Source: a virus. From it: DNA of 64,000 nt. The notes beneath the pieces were generated by a model. The model was not told the origin of the DNA and ran no database searches. It saw only the letters and a program-made list of their open reading frames with translations. Below are positions 1 to 11,299 of the stretch, piece after piece; position 1 is the stretch's first letter, and each line of letters opens with the position of its first letter. Both the position numbers and the translations under genes were made by a program. The stretch lies in the IMG/VR virus record IMGVR_UViG_3300021197_001902, positions 26,733-90,732 of that record; one strand, 5' to 3'.

Positions 1-3000
1 CGCATCCAATGGGAAAATCGATGCGCTAGCAACAAGTACATCCTGTGAATTGGTGCGGCCGCTGATGGTAACAGGACCATCGGGGTTGATACCTATCTCG
101 CGACTAAGTGTTCGACGTAGTGTGGCGTTGTCATTCCAAATATCATCAATGGTGAATGTGGTCCTTCTTCTTACTCGATCATCAAACATATTGATATTGG
201 ACGGATATAGACTTTCTGTATACGATATCACCACACTCAAACTACTGCTCAATGTAAAATCAAGAATTGTATTATATGAGTTTAGAATATTAGGGTCAGA
301 TTTCAAGTTATAGAAGTTGTTCAACTCATTGTGCGAGAAGTAATCAATCTGGTTTCTGAATGGAACGGTAGCGATCATATTGTTCGAAGGATCAGAGTTC
401 GCCGTGTTATCTTCCAGTGCGAAGATAATTGGTGAAGAATTGATTGAAATTGGTGACTCTGTAAGATCCACAAACGTGCTTGGTCGCAAACCCTGAACTG
501 GTTGTGTGCGTCTTGGACCAGATGGCAGCCTTTCTGGCATTGGCAGGTATCCAATTTGATTATTCTTTACCAGCGAGCGAGCGACTTTAGTCTCTCCAGC
601 ACGGATCTGCTTCCAAGTTGGGTAGCCGAAAGCTCCATTCCGCATAGTGGTTAACACATTAAGCAAATCAGCTTCATTGTCCAGCGGAGCGCCGGGGAAG
701 AAGTCAGCATTGATATAAGAGGAACTAGCGTTCGAACTTGATGGGAAACCAAGAATATGTGTAGTCGTAAATACTGGATCAATCAATCGCGTGTTCAGGC
801 CGATAAATGTTACGTTTGAATAAGACCCTGTCTGGATCAGCTCATCTAGTGAACTGGCACTGAAATATGTTGGCCTATTATTAGTGTAAATTATCTGATT
901 CTGCCCCAGAGAAGCTGTTACCCAAGTATACTGCTGGAGCGACTGAGGTATAGCATGTTGGACATACAAGTTATCGAAGTGCGAACCCGTGAAGAGCGTA
1001 TGTGTTCCTGACAACTCTGGACGGCGGCTTCTGTTTCGATTTGTTTTGTGCCATGATGGGACGGTTACATAACCTGCTGCTGGTACGGACCCGTACGCAG
1101 CATCGGAACCAAAGGGCCCACAGTGGAGGGTTGCCAGCTGGTTTAACCCACGATTCTTGCTGATTTGATCAACGACAGCGATGGTATTCACCTCGCTTAT
1201 GTCGAGAGATGCAGAACCCGACATACCGTGAGAAATAACGCCTCGATTGCGATATGGGCTTGCGTTGTATACCGACAGCTCCTCATGAGCAGGGTCGAGG
1301 TAGCCTCTTGATAATACCTTGTAAGAACCAGGGGAGGAGAACAAGTTGACAAATACTGTCTCGTTAGATCCTGTGACACCGGTTCTATCTGGAAGAGCGA
1401 AATCAATATCCCCTCCAGTATTTGCTGTTGAGGCTGTGGCCGTGCCCAGTGGGAAGCGCCCTCGTGTTGCAGTTGTCTCCGGGTTGGGTGCAAAAGTGAA
1501 TGACTGATCTTTAAAAAATAGATCGTTAATTGTACGGCCTGCGGTCTGGATCACTTGATAGTTCTTCTGATAGTTTCCGATTTGGTTGTGTGTCACAGTA
1601 CCGGAAAGCTTTGTGCCGACCGATGCAGTGGACATCAAAATGTTCTTGAGGTTAACCGGTCGCTTGGCAGTCTCATCGCGGAAGCGTTGGGCCGTTGGTG
1701 TCGCTGGTAAAAAGCCGTCAGGCGCGGAGTCGCTGGGTGAGTCGGCAAATGGATAGTTTGGTGCTACGATACCTAGCGCACCAGAAGCACCCACAGGTAC
1801 CTCAGCAGTCGGAGGATACCCAAGGCCCAGGAGAAGACGAAAACCTTCGGCCCTGTTTGTTCTGGTATCAGTGCCGGCGTTTAGTTCTGTATGCCGGTAG
1901 AAACGGCCACCAACAAACTTCTCTGTGAACGGGCCCTGGAGGCCCGTGTCTGTGTCATTAACGAAGTCGTTATGCAGGTTTGTGATTATGACGCCGGAGG
2001 TGTAACTTTCAACGACAGCCGCATTGTAGCCGGTTTGGACGGACGAGCTATACAAACTGAATGGCGCATACATGTTACCATCAAATTTCAGGTCCTCAGA
2101 ACCGCTCCGGTTTTGCGATGGGTTCAGACCAAATCCAAGGCGCTGCTTTTGGTTAGGAAAGAAGACATCTGGAGTATCAATAAGCTGTTCGACATCAGTG
2201 TCAAAGGATAGCATGATGTTAACTGGAATATTGGTAGTCGGCTGATCGACGTTCGGACCATATGGGGCAGCTGCAGCAAACGTGAAGTTTGGTTTATTGC
2301 TCGGGTGTCGCCCGGTACCAGCAACCGACGATGCGCCGTCGACGGTAATACTGACCGCATCCCCCATTATTCGTCTATAACCAGAATCAACGGCTGCTAG
2401 AATTCCTGCGCGGGCGTCTGAGACGCTCCCTGTGCCCTGTCTGTACCTCTGCCATGGCAGATGCTCATTGGCTCCCGAAAGTGGCGCGTGCAAGAATTCC
2501 CATTTTTTAGTTTGAGTATAGTTTGACGAACCAATTTGTCGTTTTGTTGATGTCCCGTTGAAGACATAATACATTGAAGCTGGTAGAGACGGTCCGCCCG
2601 GTCTTCCGTCCGCGTCTCCACTAGAAGCATATGAACATGAGGCAATTGCAAAAAGTGTATTGCCACCCTCTCTCTGGAAGAATGGGAACTTGCGCTGGTA
2701 CTTAGGTCTTTCCAACACATGGTTTTCAACCACCGTTCTAACCGTATCTGCAAAGTCTGCGGACGCAGGGACCAATTGGCCCAGCATTAAAGACAGAGAG
2801 GTGTCAAACCACTTATAGAATTCATAGAACTTGTCAAAGTCAAGTTCATCATTACCCACCTTCTCAAAGAACTTCCGGCGCATATATGCTAATTGCTTAT
2901 AGTCAGTTCTATATTTCTCGACGGGATCGCCGATCAGGTTGTGGAGATCTCTTAGGGTCGCAAAATAATTGATCATCTCTTCCGAGATGGACTGATACAT

Positions 3001-6000
3001 ACTCTTTTCGAAGGCGAAGAAGTAATTGATCGGCCTTGATTCGGTAGTGAAGACATCTTGCTCTTGAGCATTCAGCACTCTAACCATATCTTGCGACTGC
3101 ACATTCTCTGGCAGGTTTAACTTAGTGGAAACAACAAAGTCTTTATCAATGGCCTCTGTGGAGGATGCCTTGAAGAAGTCACCTCGTGCAGTATATTGCT
3201 TGTTTAGGATATTTCCTAGCTCTCCGAATCTAGTCAGTGAGGTAGAACCGGAGCTAAGATCGTCAACTATAAATTGCCCACTGGCATCCGAGCCAGTATT
3301 TGTCAGGAACTCCCAATTGAATGCAAGCGTATCAAACTTGGAGATATCCATGTTGGAGCCTGACATCTTAAATTCATACGCATACAAGTGTGGCTGCAGC
3401 GATCCGTAGTTCTCGGTGTCGAGCACATGGCCCTGAAGTGCTTCATCATTAATATAGTCGAGCCAATATCGGCAAGAGTTAACCTTAACATCAGATGATT
3501 GCAGCACAGTACCAGTGAAGTTTGTTCTATGTGCACCGACATAGACGCGCTTACTGCCAGTAACAAAGCCGGCTGGGGGTGATGTCACCGTTCCAGAGAC
3601 AGTAAATTCCTGTAGGATCTCGCCGGCTTCGGCCTGAACACCATGAAGCTCGACAACATAGTCAGAATCTGTCCCGTGTACAAGGTTTGTGAGCGGGTAT
3701 TGCTCTGGCCTGATACGTACGGAGAGGTTCCAGCGTGTATTATTATAGATGTCTTGGTATAAATCAGACTCCAGTGAGGGGACAAATCCGCCGGCGGTGC
3801 CAGTTAATACAAACTTAACATTTGTTGAGGATTCTTCATCGCGGACAGCGTATACTTGGAAGTTAACCCTGTCGAGTGGATCCCAAGTTGTCTCTGTTCC
3901 CGAATAGACTGTGCCGTGAGTACCGAAAAGTGATGCACTAATTGTGTTCGTGGCCACAAATGCCCGGGAATCCCGAGAAAGCTTGAGTGGAAACAGTACC
4001 TCGGTCTCCAGAGTAGATGCGTAACCATTCGTTAAGTCGGAACTAGCGGTTATAAATCCAACGGAGTTGGTGTTTGTAGTATCCTTATAATTGTAGATAA
4101 CGGCCGTTTGACCGTTAGATGTGTTAAAATTAGCAAATTTATCGGCAACAACGATGTTTCTTCTGTTGTTGTCCAGCTCGTACTTGATGTTATCGGCATA
4201 CATATTGAGCTTAACCAGCTCATCGTCAATACCAAAGCAGCGAATCAGGTTTCTAAATGCCTTTTCGGTGCCTTTTGACTTATAGATATAGCTTAAGTTG
4301 TTGTAAATATTCTGATAAATTGTATTCTTAATATCGTGAAGTGACTTCTCGTAGACTTTATCTTCACTTCTATCAGCGAGCTTTTCCAATACATCTGAAT
4401 CTAGGAAGATTTCTGGTGCAACAAAACCATACGAGTTCAAAAGTCTCTCGGCAAAAGGTAACGGCTTGTTACTACCACTAGGGTATTCTATATTCTTAAG
4501 ATTGTTTAAGCTGTCGATCTGTAAATGAAGAGTATCAAAGTAACTTGAGATAATCTGAGTAAGATACTTAACGTTTTTTGGACCTTCAGTATCCTCTTCG
4601 GTAATCCACGAAGGAATCGTATTGTAAATTGCAGCATTGTTCTCGTTATCGTGCGCCGAGCCAGATCTTTGAAGTCCAGTTGCCAAAAACTCAACATCCG
4701 GATGAAAAGCGTAAATAATCGGATCTTTGAACTCTTTGCTAGCAGCATTAGAGAGAACAATTGCTGATCCTGTCTGTCTATGACCTGCGGCATATCCGGT
4801 CCAAGAGCCATTTGAGAACCGGCCAGAGTAGTCCAGCACTGTGCTATCGGTTGAGCTAGTTCCCGTGATTCCCTCATTAAATTTGAAATATACGCCAAGA
4901 TCGATGTTGGCGGATTCTTCAGTTGTTGTAAAGGGAGTAGGGTCAGTGTTAACCCCACCGCCCACTTGTGTAAACCAAAAGCGGCCGATTTCTTCGGAGC
5001 TTCTCTGTGTCTTCCAATATCTTAATTCATCAAGAGATGCAGATAGTTTACCGGCGGATGCAACAGCGAGGGATGCTGAGGGAGGAGCAATCAAAGCACC
5101 AATATAGGCTTGATGTGAGGAACCATCAGTATCATTGATAGAGTCGGGGATTATTTGCTGCCTATTCAGGTTGCCGTCAACATAAAACCTTGTTTCAACG
5201 CCATCCGAGACGGACTTGAGAGTAACAGCGTAATGGTGCCAGTTGCTGTCTGCAACAGACGCAGTTGTAATATTAGACGCAGCAATCGAAACTGTCTGGA
5301 ATCCAAACGTTCCCGAAAGTATTGTGAGGAGCCATGGGTCTGCGCCGGAAGTTGCGCCTGACAGCTCTAGCCTAAATCGAAGATGATCCGCAGATGATGA
5401 CGGTTCACCGTTCCACAAATCGAAAACTACCTCTTTTTCCGTTGATCCAGTGATAAATTCTGTTTTATTCATCCAGAATTCTAATGATGCACCCTTGCTT
5501 AACAAATCAAATTCTAGGTTTGATGCCCTATTCTTTGATGGCTCATAGTAGTTTGAGCCCGTGAATTGGGTTGATTTGGGCGACATCCCATCTGGATTTG
5601 TATTTGGGCCGCCCTTTACGAAAATGTATTCGTCATCCTCTGGATCACCATAACCGTCTGTCATTGCGCTACGGGCGCCCCAGCCATTAGCTGAGATTTC
5701 TACATATCCATTTGTTCTTGGGTATAAATTATCAAATACATGCAGATCAATATAAGTTGACTGGTTTCTCCACTCTAGCTTTTCTCTCAGCGAACCATCA
5801 TAAGGATACTCGTTGTAAACTCTTTTTATTGATTGGTCATAGTATTCTTCAGCGGAGCCATAACGAGCAAAATTCTTCGGGTCGGAGAAGTCCACTCTTG
5901 GAATAAACCTTTCCTCTTCGATGATATCTTGTTCATGGTAAGCGGCGGACTCAACTTGTGAGCCAATTTCTTGCGCCGTTTTACCGGAAAGAGATTTGAT

Positions 6001-6036
6001 ATTCTCAGTGATCTCAAAATACTTTTTAAGGCTCAT
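1..6036 (-). CDS. Giant virion/baseplate wedge protein (>2012 aa, runs off left edge) with LamG-like domain
   Basis: ATG at 6036 (MSLKKYFEITENIKSLSG...). The frame appears open to position 1, consistent with its absence from the ORF track, which needs a stop. Contains IYKSKGTEKAFRNLIRCFG (wedge/P2-gpI-like motif) and a LamG-like segment (WHHYAVT...LDELRYW). Adjacent to baseplate genes. Confidence 0.75.
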   Translation of the reverse strand, partial: MSLKKYFEITENIKSLSGKTAQEIGSQVESAAYHEQDIIEEERFIPRVDFSDPKNFARYGSAEEYYDQSIKRVYNEYPYDGSLREKLEWRNQSTYIDLHVFDNLYPRTNGYVEISANGWGARSAMTDGYGDPEDDEYIFVKGGPNTNPDGMSPKSTQFTGSNYYEPSKNRASNLEFDLLSKGASLEFWMNKTEFITGSTEKEVVFDLWNGEPSSSADHLRFRLELSGATSGADPWLLTILSGTFGFQTVSIAASNITTASVADSNWHHYAVTLKSVSDGVETRFYVDGNLNRQQIIPDSINDTDGSSHQAYIGALIAPPSASLAVASAGKLSASLDELRYWKTQRSSEEIGRFWFTQVGGGVNTDPTPFTTTEESANIDLGVYFKFNEGITGTSSTDSTVLDYSGRFSNGSWTGYAAGHRQTGSAIVLSNAASKEFKDPIIYAFHPDVEFLATGLQRSGSAHDNENNAAIYNTIPSWITEEDTEGPKNVKYLTQIISSYFDTLHLQIDSLNNLKNIEYPSGSNKPLPFAERLLNSYGFVAPEIFLDSDVLEKLADRSEDKVYEKSLHDIKNTIYQNIYNNLSYIYKSKGTEKAFRNLIRCFGIDDELVKLNMYADNIKYELDNNRRNIVVADKFANFNTSNGQTAVIYNYKDTTNTNSVGFITASSDLTNGYASTLETEVLFPLKLSRDSRAFVATNTISASLFGTHGTVYSGTETTWDPLDRVNFQVYAVRDEESSTNVKFVLTGTAGGFVPSLESDLYQDIYNNTRWNLSVRIRPEQYPLTNLVHGTDSDYVVELHGVQAEAGEILQEFTVSGTVTSPPAGFVTGSKRVYVGAHRTNFTGTVLQSSDVKVNSCRYWLDYINDEALQGHVLDTENYGSLQPHLYAYEFKMSGSNMDISKFDTLAFNWEFLTNTGSDASGQFIVDDLSSGSTSLTRFGELGNILNKQYTARGDFFKASSTEAIDKDFVVSTKLNLPENVQSQDMVRVLNAQEQDVFTTESRPINYFFAFEKSMYQSISEEMINYFATLRDLHNLIGDPVEKYRTDYKQLAYMRRKFFEKVGNDELDFDKFYEFYKWFDTSLSLMLGQLVPASADFADTVRTVVENHVLERPKYQRKFPFFQREGGNTLFAIASCSYASSGDADGRPGGPSLPASMYYVFNGTSTKRQIGSSNYTQTKKWEFLHAPLSGANEHLPWQRYRQGTGSVSDARAGILAAVDSGYRRIMGDAVSITVDGASSVAGTGRHPSNKPNFTFAAAAPYGPNVDQPTTNIPVNIMLSFDTDVEQLIDTPDVFFPNQKQRLGFGLNPSQNRSGSEDLKFDGNMYAPFSLYSSSVQTGYNAAVVESYTSGVIITNLHNDFVNDTDTGLQGPFTEKFVGGRFYRHTELNAGTDTRTNRAEGFRLLLGLGYPPTAEVPVGASGALGIVAPNYPFADSPSDSAPDGFLPATPTAQRFRDETAKRPVNLKNILMSTASVGTKLSGTVTHNQIGNYQKNYQVIQTAGRTINDLFFKDQSFTFAPNPETTATRGRFPLGTATASTANTGGDIDFALPDRTGVTGSNETVFVNLFSSPGSYKVLSRGYLDPAHEELSVYNASPYRNRGVISHGMSGSASLDISEVNTIAVVDQISKNRGLNQLATLHCGPFGSDAAYGSVPAAGYVTVPSWHKTNRNRSRRPELSGTHTLFTGSHFDNLYVQHAIPQSLQQYTWVTASLGQNQIIYTNNRPTYFSASSLDELIQTGSYSNVTFIGLNTRLIDPVFTTTHILGFPSSSNASSSYINADFFPGAPLDNEADLLNVLTTMRNGAFGYPTWKQIRAGETKVARSLVKNNQIGYLPMPERLPSGPRRTQPVQGLRPSTFVDLTESPISINSSPIIFALEDNTANSDPSNNMIATVPFRNQIDYFSHNELNNFYNLKSDPNILNSYNTILDFTLSSSLSVVISYTESLYPSNINMFDDRVRRRTTFTIDDIWNDNATLRRTLSREIGINPDGPVTISGRTNSQDVLVASASIFPLDA

Positions 6037-6043
6037 ACTTTAA

Positions 6044-7573
6044 TTATTCTTCAACTCTAAATTTGAACGTTTGTGATTGTTCCTGCCAGTCTCCTATACT
6101 GTCATTATAGTATGCAAGTCTTATTTCATACATGTAGTCAGTCTCTAGAAGGGACATATCTAAGTCCAAGTAGTTTCCTTCCTTATCGTAGGATAGATAA
6201 GTGCTAAAATCAGATCCTGTACCATATGACACAGCTGGGGTGTTATCAATCACTCTGTACACACTATATGATGCACTTTCAATAATCTCGGTTGGATTAT
6301 TGGCAGTTGCGACTGTGTAGAGAGTCGGGGACCAGTCTTTGTCGCGAATAAAAAATCTAAATCTTGCTGTGTCTTGCTTGGAATAAGATTTCTTGAGGTT
6401 TTTACAAGATGTAATTCTGTTAAACGTTGGGGCACTGTCATAACTTGGAAGAGTCTCGGGATAGAACGAACCAGTAAAGTATTCGACCCCTCCGGAATGC
6501 CAGACGTCATGAATCTCTTGGAGCGCCGTAGCGGCCGATGTAAGGGCCACAGAGCATGAATAGATACCAGTGCTCACAAAACTCGCCGTAGTGTTCAGAT
6601 CGGCAGCTGCGGCCGTTGTACCGCCAAGTGAGATTGCCAATTTAGAACCGGTTGGGGTTCCAAAAGAACTTGAATAGAAAGAAACCAACAGATCGCTTGT
6701 TCCAACATTTGGAAGATTTCGCAAGCCGCCTCGAACGTAGTTATAAATATAAAGATTGTTTATATTAAAGTCTGCCTCAGCGCGGGATGATGAGTAATAG
6801 AAATTTTCTCTGTCGTCTGTAACCCGGGAATCATGCCGGGCCTCAATGACCGGTCGCTTGAAAAAGAACTCTGTAGACCGAGCGAAGAACTTTTTGGTGT
6901 AGTAGGACTGTTTGGAACCATTAATGTTCTGCAACACAGATCCCGAAGTTATACCTAACGATGAAGAAAAGTAAGCTTCCTGAGAAGCAGTCAGGCGAAG
7001 GCCAAAACCATAATTCTCATATTTTCCGCCTACAGCGCCTAGGATCCAGTTTTCAACCACCGTTGTGACGTCAACTTCTAAGTCTTCATAACCTTGTTGA
7101 AATCTAATGTTGTAGTTATCAGATGATAGATAATCACCACCTATATTAGTCCAGCCGGTCGTTGAACTAGCAGAGCCCCAGTTTGAAAACCCAAGGTCCT
7201 GATAATTATCCATATCCAGGCCGGTGCCCTCATTCCAAGATTGTGAAATAGGAGCGACAACCAAATTAAAGTCTTGAGGCAGCGTAAACGGATGCTCGGC
7301 GTTGTACATCTTAAGATAGAATGAAACTGATCCAGACGCTGGGATTGTGCCGGCTGTCCTATCAGCCTTAATTGTTGCAACCGGGAACTCAATCAGAATT
7401 CTCGATAATTCAGACGATTGACCATTAGAGCCAGACTCTTGACCATAGATCGAGAAGACTTCCAGAGAATCAGCGAAGCCCATGTTTGAACCCGAACCTC
7501 TGTACACTAGGTTCGCTTCGAAGGCATTTGTGATAGTATTATCAGCGCTTGCTGTATATCTTGTGATTGCCAT
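6044..7573 (-). CDS. Virion structural protein (509 aa, beta-rich, DNRLRE-like N-terminal region)
   Basis: Long S/T/G-rich ORF with SRILIEF / PISQSWNEGTG / WTNIGGD pattern, inside the baseplate cluster. Confidence 0.55.
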   Translation of the reverse strand: MAITRYTASADNTITNAFEANLVYRGSGSNMGFADSLEVFSIYGQESGSNGQSSELSRILIEFPVATIKADRTAGTIPASGSVSFYLKMYNAEHPFTLPQDFNLVVAPISQSWNEGTGLDMDNYQDLGFSNWGSASSTTGWTNIGGDYLSSDNYNIRFQQGYEDLEVDVTTVVENWILGAVGGKYENYGFGLRLTASQEAYFSSSLGITSGSVLQNINGSKQSYYTKKFFARSTEFFFKRPVIEARHDSRVTDDRENFYYSSSRAEADFNINNLYIYNYVRGGLRNLPNVGTSDLLVSFYSSSFGTPTGSKLAISLGGTTAAAADLNTTASFVSTGIYSCSVALTSAATALQEIHDVWHSGGVEYFTGSFYPETLPSYDSAPTFNRITSCKNLKKSYSKQDTARFRFFIRDKDWSPTLYTVATANNPTEIIESASYSVYRVIDNTPAVSYGTGSDFSTYLSYDKEGNYLDLDMSLLETDYMYEIRLAYYNDSIGDWQEQSQTFKFRVEE

Positions 7574-9372
7574 TACTGAATTGCTCCCTTAATATCCACG
7601 TTAGGGAACTTAAGTTCGAAGATCGCGTTGTTTTGTGCTTGGATTCTTCGACCATCAGCTGACAGTGCACCTTCAAAACTAAAGGACGACTGGCTATACG
7701 ATGCGCCAGTACGTTCAACTATCTCTAAATCTACAACATCAATGATGCCCTCGACTTTTTGAAGAACCTTATAAAAATCAGTTATAAGGATAGACTCGCC
7801 AATTTCATATTGATTTTTCAACAAGTACTCTCTCAACGCAGCGGTCGCACGACTAATGACGGTAAAGCGATTAGCACTTAAATCAACAGCTGCGACATAA
7901 TTGATACCAAAATTAACAACCTCGGCGTCCAGAATATCAATTGTATCATTTACAACCTTATATTGTAAGAGCCAATTTCTTAAGTTATTTTTGAGACTTG
8001 TGTTCGCGGCAAGCAGTTTTCCGCTTGTATCCTGGGAAATAACATAAATATTTAAGTTTCTTCTGAACTCGTCAAAGTCTCTAACCACAGCAGCTCTTTT
8101 AACAGACCCAAACTTGGCTGGCATGCCATAGCAAATAGACTGATAATCTTGAATCGTAACAGCTCTGTTTTGCGTTGCATAAAAACCAAACACTCTTTGC
8201 TTGATTTCCTCAGACGATGGCAGTGAGACATCACCAACAAAAGGCTCCTCATTAAGAACCTCCAGCGAACTGACTACCCCGTTACGAAGCGTCTGCGACA
8301 GGGATCCCTGGGATGTAAAACGTATCAGTGGACGGTCCACACCTGTAATAGAGTTAACACCAGCGTTAACATCGTTTGTAAGATTAACCCTATATCCAAT
8401 TCTTAAAGTCGTGTTAGACGGAGCGATACCAAACTTGTCAGTGCTGATTAATTTTGTTGGATCAAAATCTATATCGGTGGTATAGTCGCGGCCGTTGAGA
8501 TCCAAAATAAGGTTAGTTGGATCTGTGATCGAATTAGACAGGAGTTCCGAGTCTGATCCGTATCCAAACTGTAGGAAGCACTTGTCACCCTCACGCTCAA
8601 CCGTAAAGCGTCGAGCGACCGGAACTGCCTTCAAGATATTCGTGACTGTCGAGTTAGTCGCTGTGTTGGTGTTTTGCACACCCTTATAAACAACGTTCTG
8701 AGACAGATGGTCGACCTCAATGTATTCATGACCTTCAGAATCTGTAACTGAAATAACCTCTGCAACTCTATTGTTCTGCAGCTCGACTCTAAGAAACCTC
8801 TGGAAGTTCCCCACTTCCGCTTCTTTAAACAGTGTTCTGCCGGAGACGGCGCGTCCTTGGGCTCTAATAACAAAGTTGGTAGGGTTACCTGTCGAGGTGT
8901 CAACTGTTCCCACCACAACTTGATTCGTGGAGGCTGCAAAGTCTACATCTTCAATGAGAGTATACAAACCGCCTCCGGTGGAGGAGAAGATTGAGCCAGC
9001 TCTAAGGACGGGCGCATAACTTAAGTTTGGGCCGGCCGTTGAACTGTCGCTTGGGACCTGAATATAAAATGTTAGTAAACCATATGAGGAAGGGCTTGTG
9101 TTTAGCTTAAAGCCCATCTGGCGTGCGAGGCGAACGACATTGTTGTACTCGATAGAAGTCTCTAGAAACGACTCATTTGTCTGATAATCTAAGTAAAACG
9201 ACAGGATGTCACCGATATAGGACACGGTGTCTAGCATCAAAGAACCAAACGATGCTTGATTAAAATCCTTGTATGTATCGGGGTAGTACCGCTTCGCGTA
9301 GTTTTCCAGATCCTTACGAATGGAATCAAAGTCGCGGCTTGTATAATCAATCGGTTGTAGTTTTTTGGCCAT
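7573..9372 (-). CDS. Baseplate wedge protein, T4 gp6 / baseplate J-like
   Basis: IDYTSRDFDSIRKDL N-terminus, DFN..SFG..MLD..SYIGDILSFYLD, QNRAVTIQDY motif. Confidence 0.85.
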   Translation of the reverse strand: MAKKLQPIDYTSRDFDSIRKDLENYAKRYYPDTYKDFNQASFGSLMLDTVSYIGDILSFYLDYQTNESFLETSIEYNNVVRLARQMGFKLNTSPSSYGLLTFYIQVPSDSSTAGPNLSYAPVLRAGSIFSSTGGGLYTLIEDVDFAASTNQVVVGTVDTSTGNPTNFVIRAQGRAVSGRTLFKEAEVGNFQRFLRVELQNNRVAEVISVTDSEGHEYIEVDHLSQNVVYKGVQNTNTATNSTVTNILKAVPVARRFTVEREGDKCFLQFGYGSDSELLSNSITDPTNLILDLNGRDYTTDIDFDPTKLISTDKFGIAPSNTTLRIGYRVNLTNDVNAGVNSITGVDRPLIRFTSQGSLSQTLRNGVVSSLEVLNEEPFVGDVSLPSSEEIKQRVFGFYATQNRAVTIQDYQSICYGMPAKFGSVKRAAVVRDFDEFRRNLNIYVISQDTSGKLLAANTSLKNNLRNWLLQYKVVNDTIDILDAEVVNFGINYVAAVDLSANRFTVISRATAALREYLLKNQYEIGESILITDFYKVLQKVEGIIDVVDLEIVERTGASYSQSSFSFEGALSADGRRIQAQNNAIFELKFPNVDIKGAIQ

Positions 9373-9383
9373 AGTTTGTTTCT

Positions 9384-9782
9384 CTAAATAGGTTGATCGA
9401 CATCAATTTGCAGTAATGTTGATAGCTGAAGGGGCAATATAGTAAAAGATATAGAGACTGACAAGTTGTGAGGGTACAGGTCTGGATTTTGTTCTGGAAT
9501 TTGGAACCGAATATCGTCTATCTGAATATATTTTAAGTATCTTCTGACCTGTTCTCGGATTTTGCTCTCTATGGTGGTGTAAGTATTCGAGTTATTCTGC
9601 TCAAACAAATACGCTTTGAGGCCGACACCGAATCTTAGATCCATTATTCTCTCGCCAGGGATTGTCAGGATGAGCATTTTTAAATTTTGCTTGGCTAAAT
9701 CTTCAAAGTTGGTGTTTAGATCGTAGGGGCCAAACACCTCGCTAACCACAAGCGGTAGCTTTGGTGATAATCCTGATGCCAT
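9384..9782 (-). CDS. Baseplate gp25/GPW-like protein
   Basis: KQNLKMLILTIPGERIMDLRFGVGLKAYLFE is the gp25 signature. Confidence 0.85.
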   Translation of the reverse strand: MASGLSPKLPLVVSEVFGPYDLNTNFEDLAKQNLKMLILTIPGERIMDLRFGVGLKAYLFEQNNSNTYTTIESKIREQVRRYLKYIQIDDIRFQIPEQNPDLYPHNLSVSISFTILPLQLSTLLQIDVDQPI

Positions 9783-9784
9783 CT

Positions 9785-11287
9785 TTATTCCTCCTCCGTC
9801 TCAGCGTCGTCGCTACACTCGTTTGCTAGTGCGTTTTCAGCGCTAGCATTTGCAACATTTTCGTTTTGGTTGTCAATCTCACTCATAAGTAGTTCTAACA
9901 GCAGATAAATTATGCCTAGCGGGCTTGGCGGCATCATTAACATTCCAGAAATCGTTCCTGTGAAGTCAATACCGTCAATAGACACCCTAGGGAAGAAGTT
10001 CTCGGGTACACCAGGGTTCCCATCGCCAGGAGGAGGCTGAATAGCATCGAGGCCGGTTCGCATCCCCTCTTGCATAGCATAATCAATCAGACACAATAAC
10101 AGCTTCGCTAGATCTTCCCCATTGAGGGTTGGATTAAGGCCCAGACCAGTAAGAGTTTCGTTTACACCCTCTGCAATACCCTCCTCCTCCATTACCTCGG
10201 CTAGGGAGTTAAAAGCTTTACCAGTGCCAATCTTGATACCCTTAGTGATTGCAACGTGAGGATCTGCTAGTTCAACGATACCTTTAAGAATATCTATAGG
10301 TGTTTTGATTAGCATCTTGAGAATAAAGTCTCGGGCTGACGAATTAAATGCCGTTGTCTGGTCTTGTCCTGTTGAGCTCGCAATTGCCAAAGCACTTGCT
10401 GGACGGGTCATATTTGGGGACGAGTTAAAGTTATTGTCGTTTGCTATAGTGGACAGCAAAATATCTATTACCCTATCTTTGGGAGTTTGAAAGGCTCGGT
10501 TAAGGTCTGGGAAATATTGTGCTGTCAGGTAGAAGTTGTAAATTAATGGTATTAACGAAATTGAATTGGAATCGAACGTGGTTGAAAAGAACCTTGAGTA
10601 CTCTTCATTGCCAAGAATGAAACTAACATCGTTTGGTGTAAAATCAATTCCCGTGGTGTTGAGGATATATTCTTCGGCTGCCGCTGCAGCGTCTCGCGAG
10701 TCTTCTCTTAAGGTTAATTCTCGGTCAAGAACGAATATTAGATCTCGTACACGTGACAGGGACCATCGTCCCAAAACTCCATCTGTGGGGAAGGCACGTG
10801 GATCCAGATTTGGAAATGGATTATAGCCTGCGGCGCCGAAGAGGGCGTGATACAGCAAAATTGTGTTCTTTACTGTATAACTCTCGGGGCCAAGAAGCTC
10901 ATTCCAGAAAAACCGCTCTGCATTCGCGCGGGTATAACCCTCAAAAGCGCTGGTATCATTATATTGAAAAATACTGCTCAAGTCAACATACGGTGAGGAT
11001 AACACTGGGAAATATACGGATTTTAACTGACTGGAAGTGTTACCAAAAATGCCTGCTGCTCTTTGAATAAGTGTATTCATATTCGTGAGTTCATCTGCCC
11101 ACTCGGACCGGAGATTGCTATTTGTGTCACCCAGGTTGCCGTCAGCCAAAGGATTACTCAGGAGTCCATCTGGCTTGGGGCTCCATCCGGGCCCACCATT
11201 ACTGGTTGAGGACAATGGGAGGCCGGCGTCATCGAGTATATCATCGATAGCTTGATTGGCAATGGATCCTAGTGTATAAGTCGGCAT
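9785..11287 (-). CDS. Hypothetical virion-associated protein (500 aa)
   Basis: Long ORF tightly packed in the structural cluster. Confidence 0.55.
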   Translation of the reverse strand: MPTYTLGSIANQAIDDILDDAGLPLSSTSNGGPGWSPKPDGLLSNPLADGNLGDTNSNLRSEWADELTNMNTLIQRAAGIFGNTSSQLKSVYFPVLSSPYVDLSSIFQYNDTSAFEGYTRANAERFFWNELLGPESYTVKNTILLYHALFGAAGYNPFPNLDPRAFPTDGVLGRWSLSRVRDLIFVLDRELTLREDSRDAAAAAEEYILNTTGIDFTPNDVSFILGNEEYSRFFSTTFDSNSISLIPLIYNFYLTAQYFPDLNRAFQTPKDRVIDILLSTIANDNNFNSSPNMTRPASALAIASSTGQDQTTAFNSSARDFILKMLIKTPIDILKGIVELADPHVAITKGIKIGTGKAFNSLAEVMEEEGIAEGVNETLTGLGLNPTLNGEDLAKLLLCLIDYAMQEGMRTGLDAIQPPPGDGNPGVPENFFPRVSIDGIDFTGTISGMLMMPPSPLGIIYLLLELLMSEIDNQNENVANASAENALANECSDDAETEEE

Positions 11288-11299
11288 ATTATTCTTTCT

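Noticed and set aside
50-6017. Many short ORFs in the first 6 kb
   Set aside because: All overlap the single long minus-strand frame 6036->1
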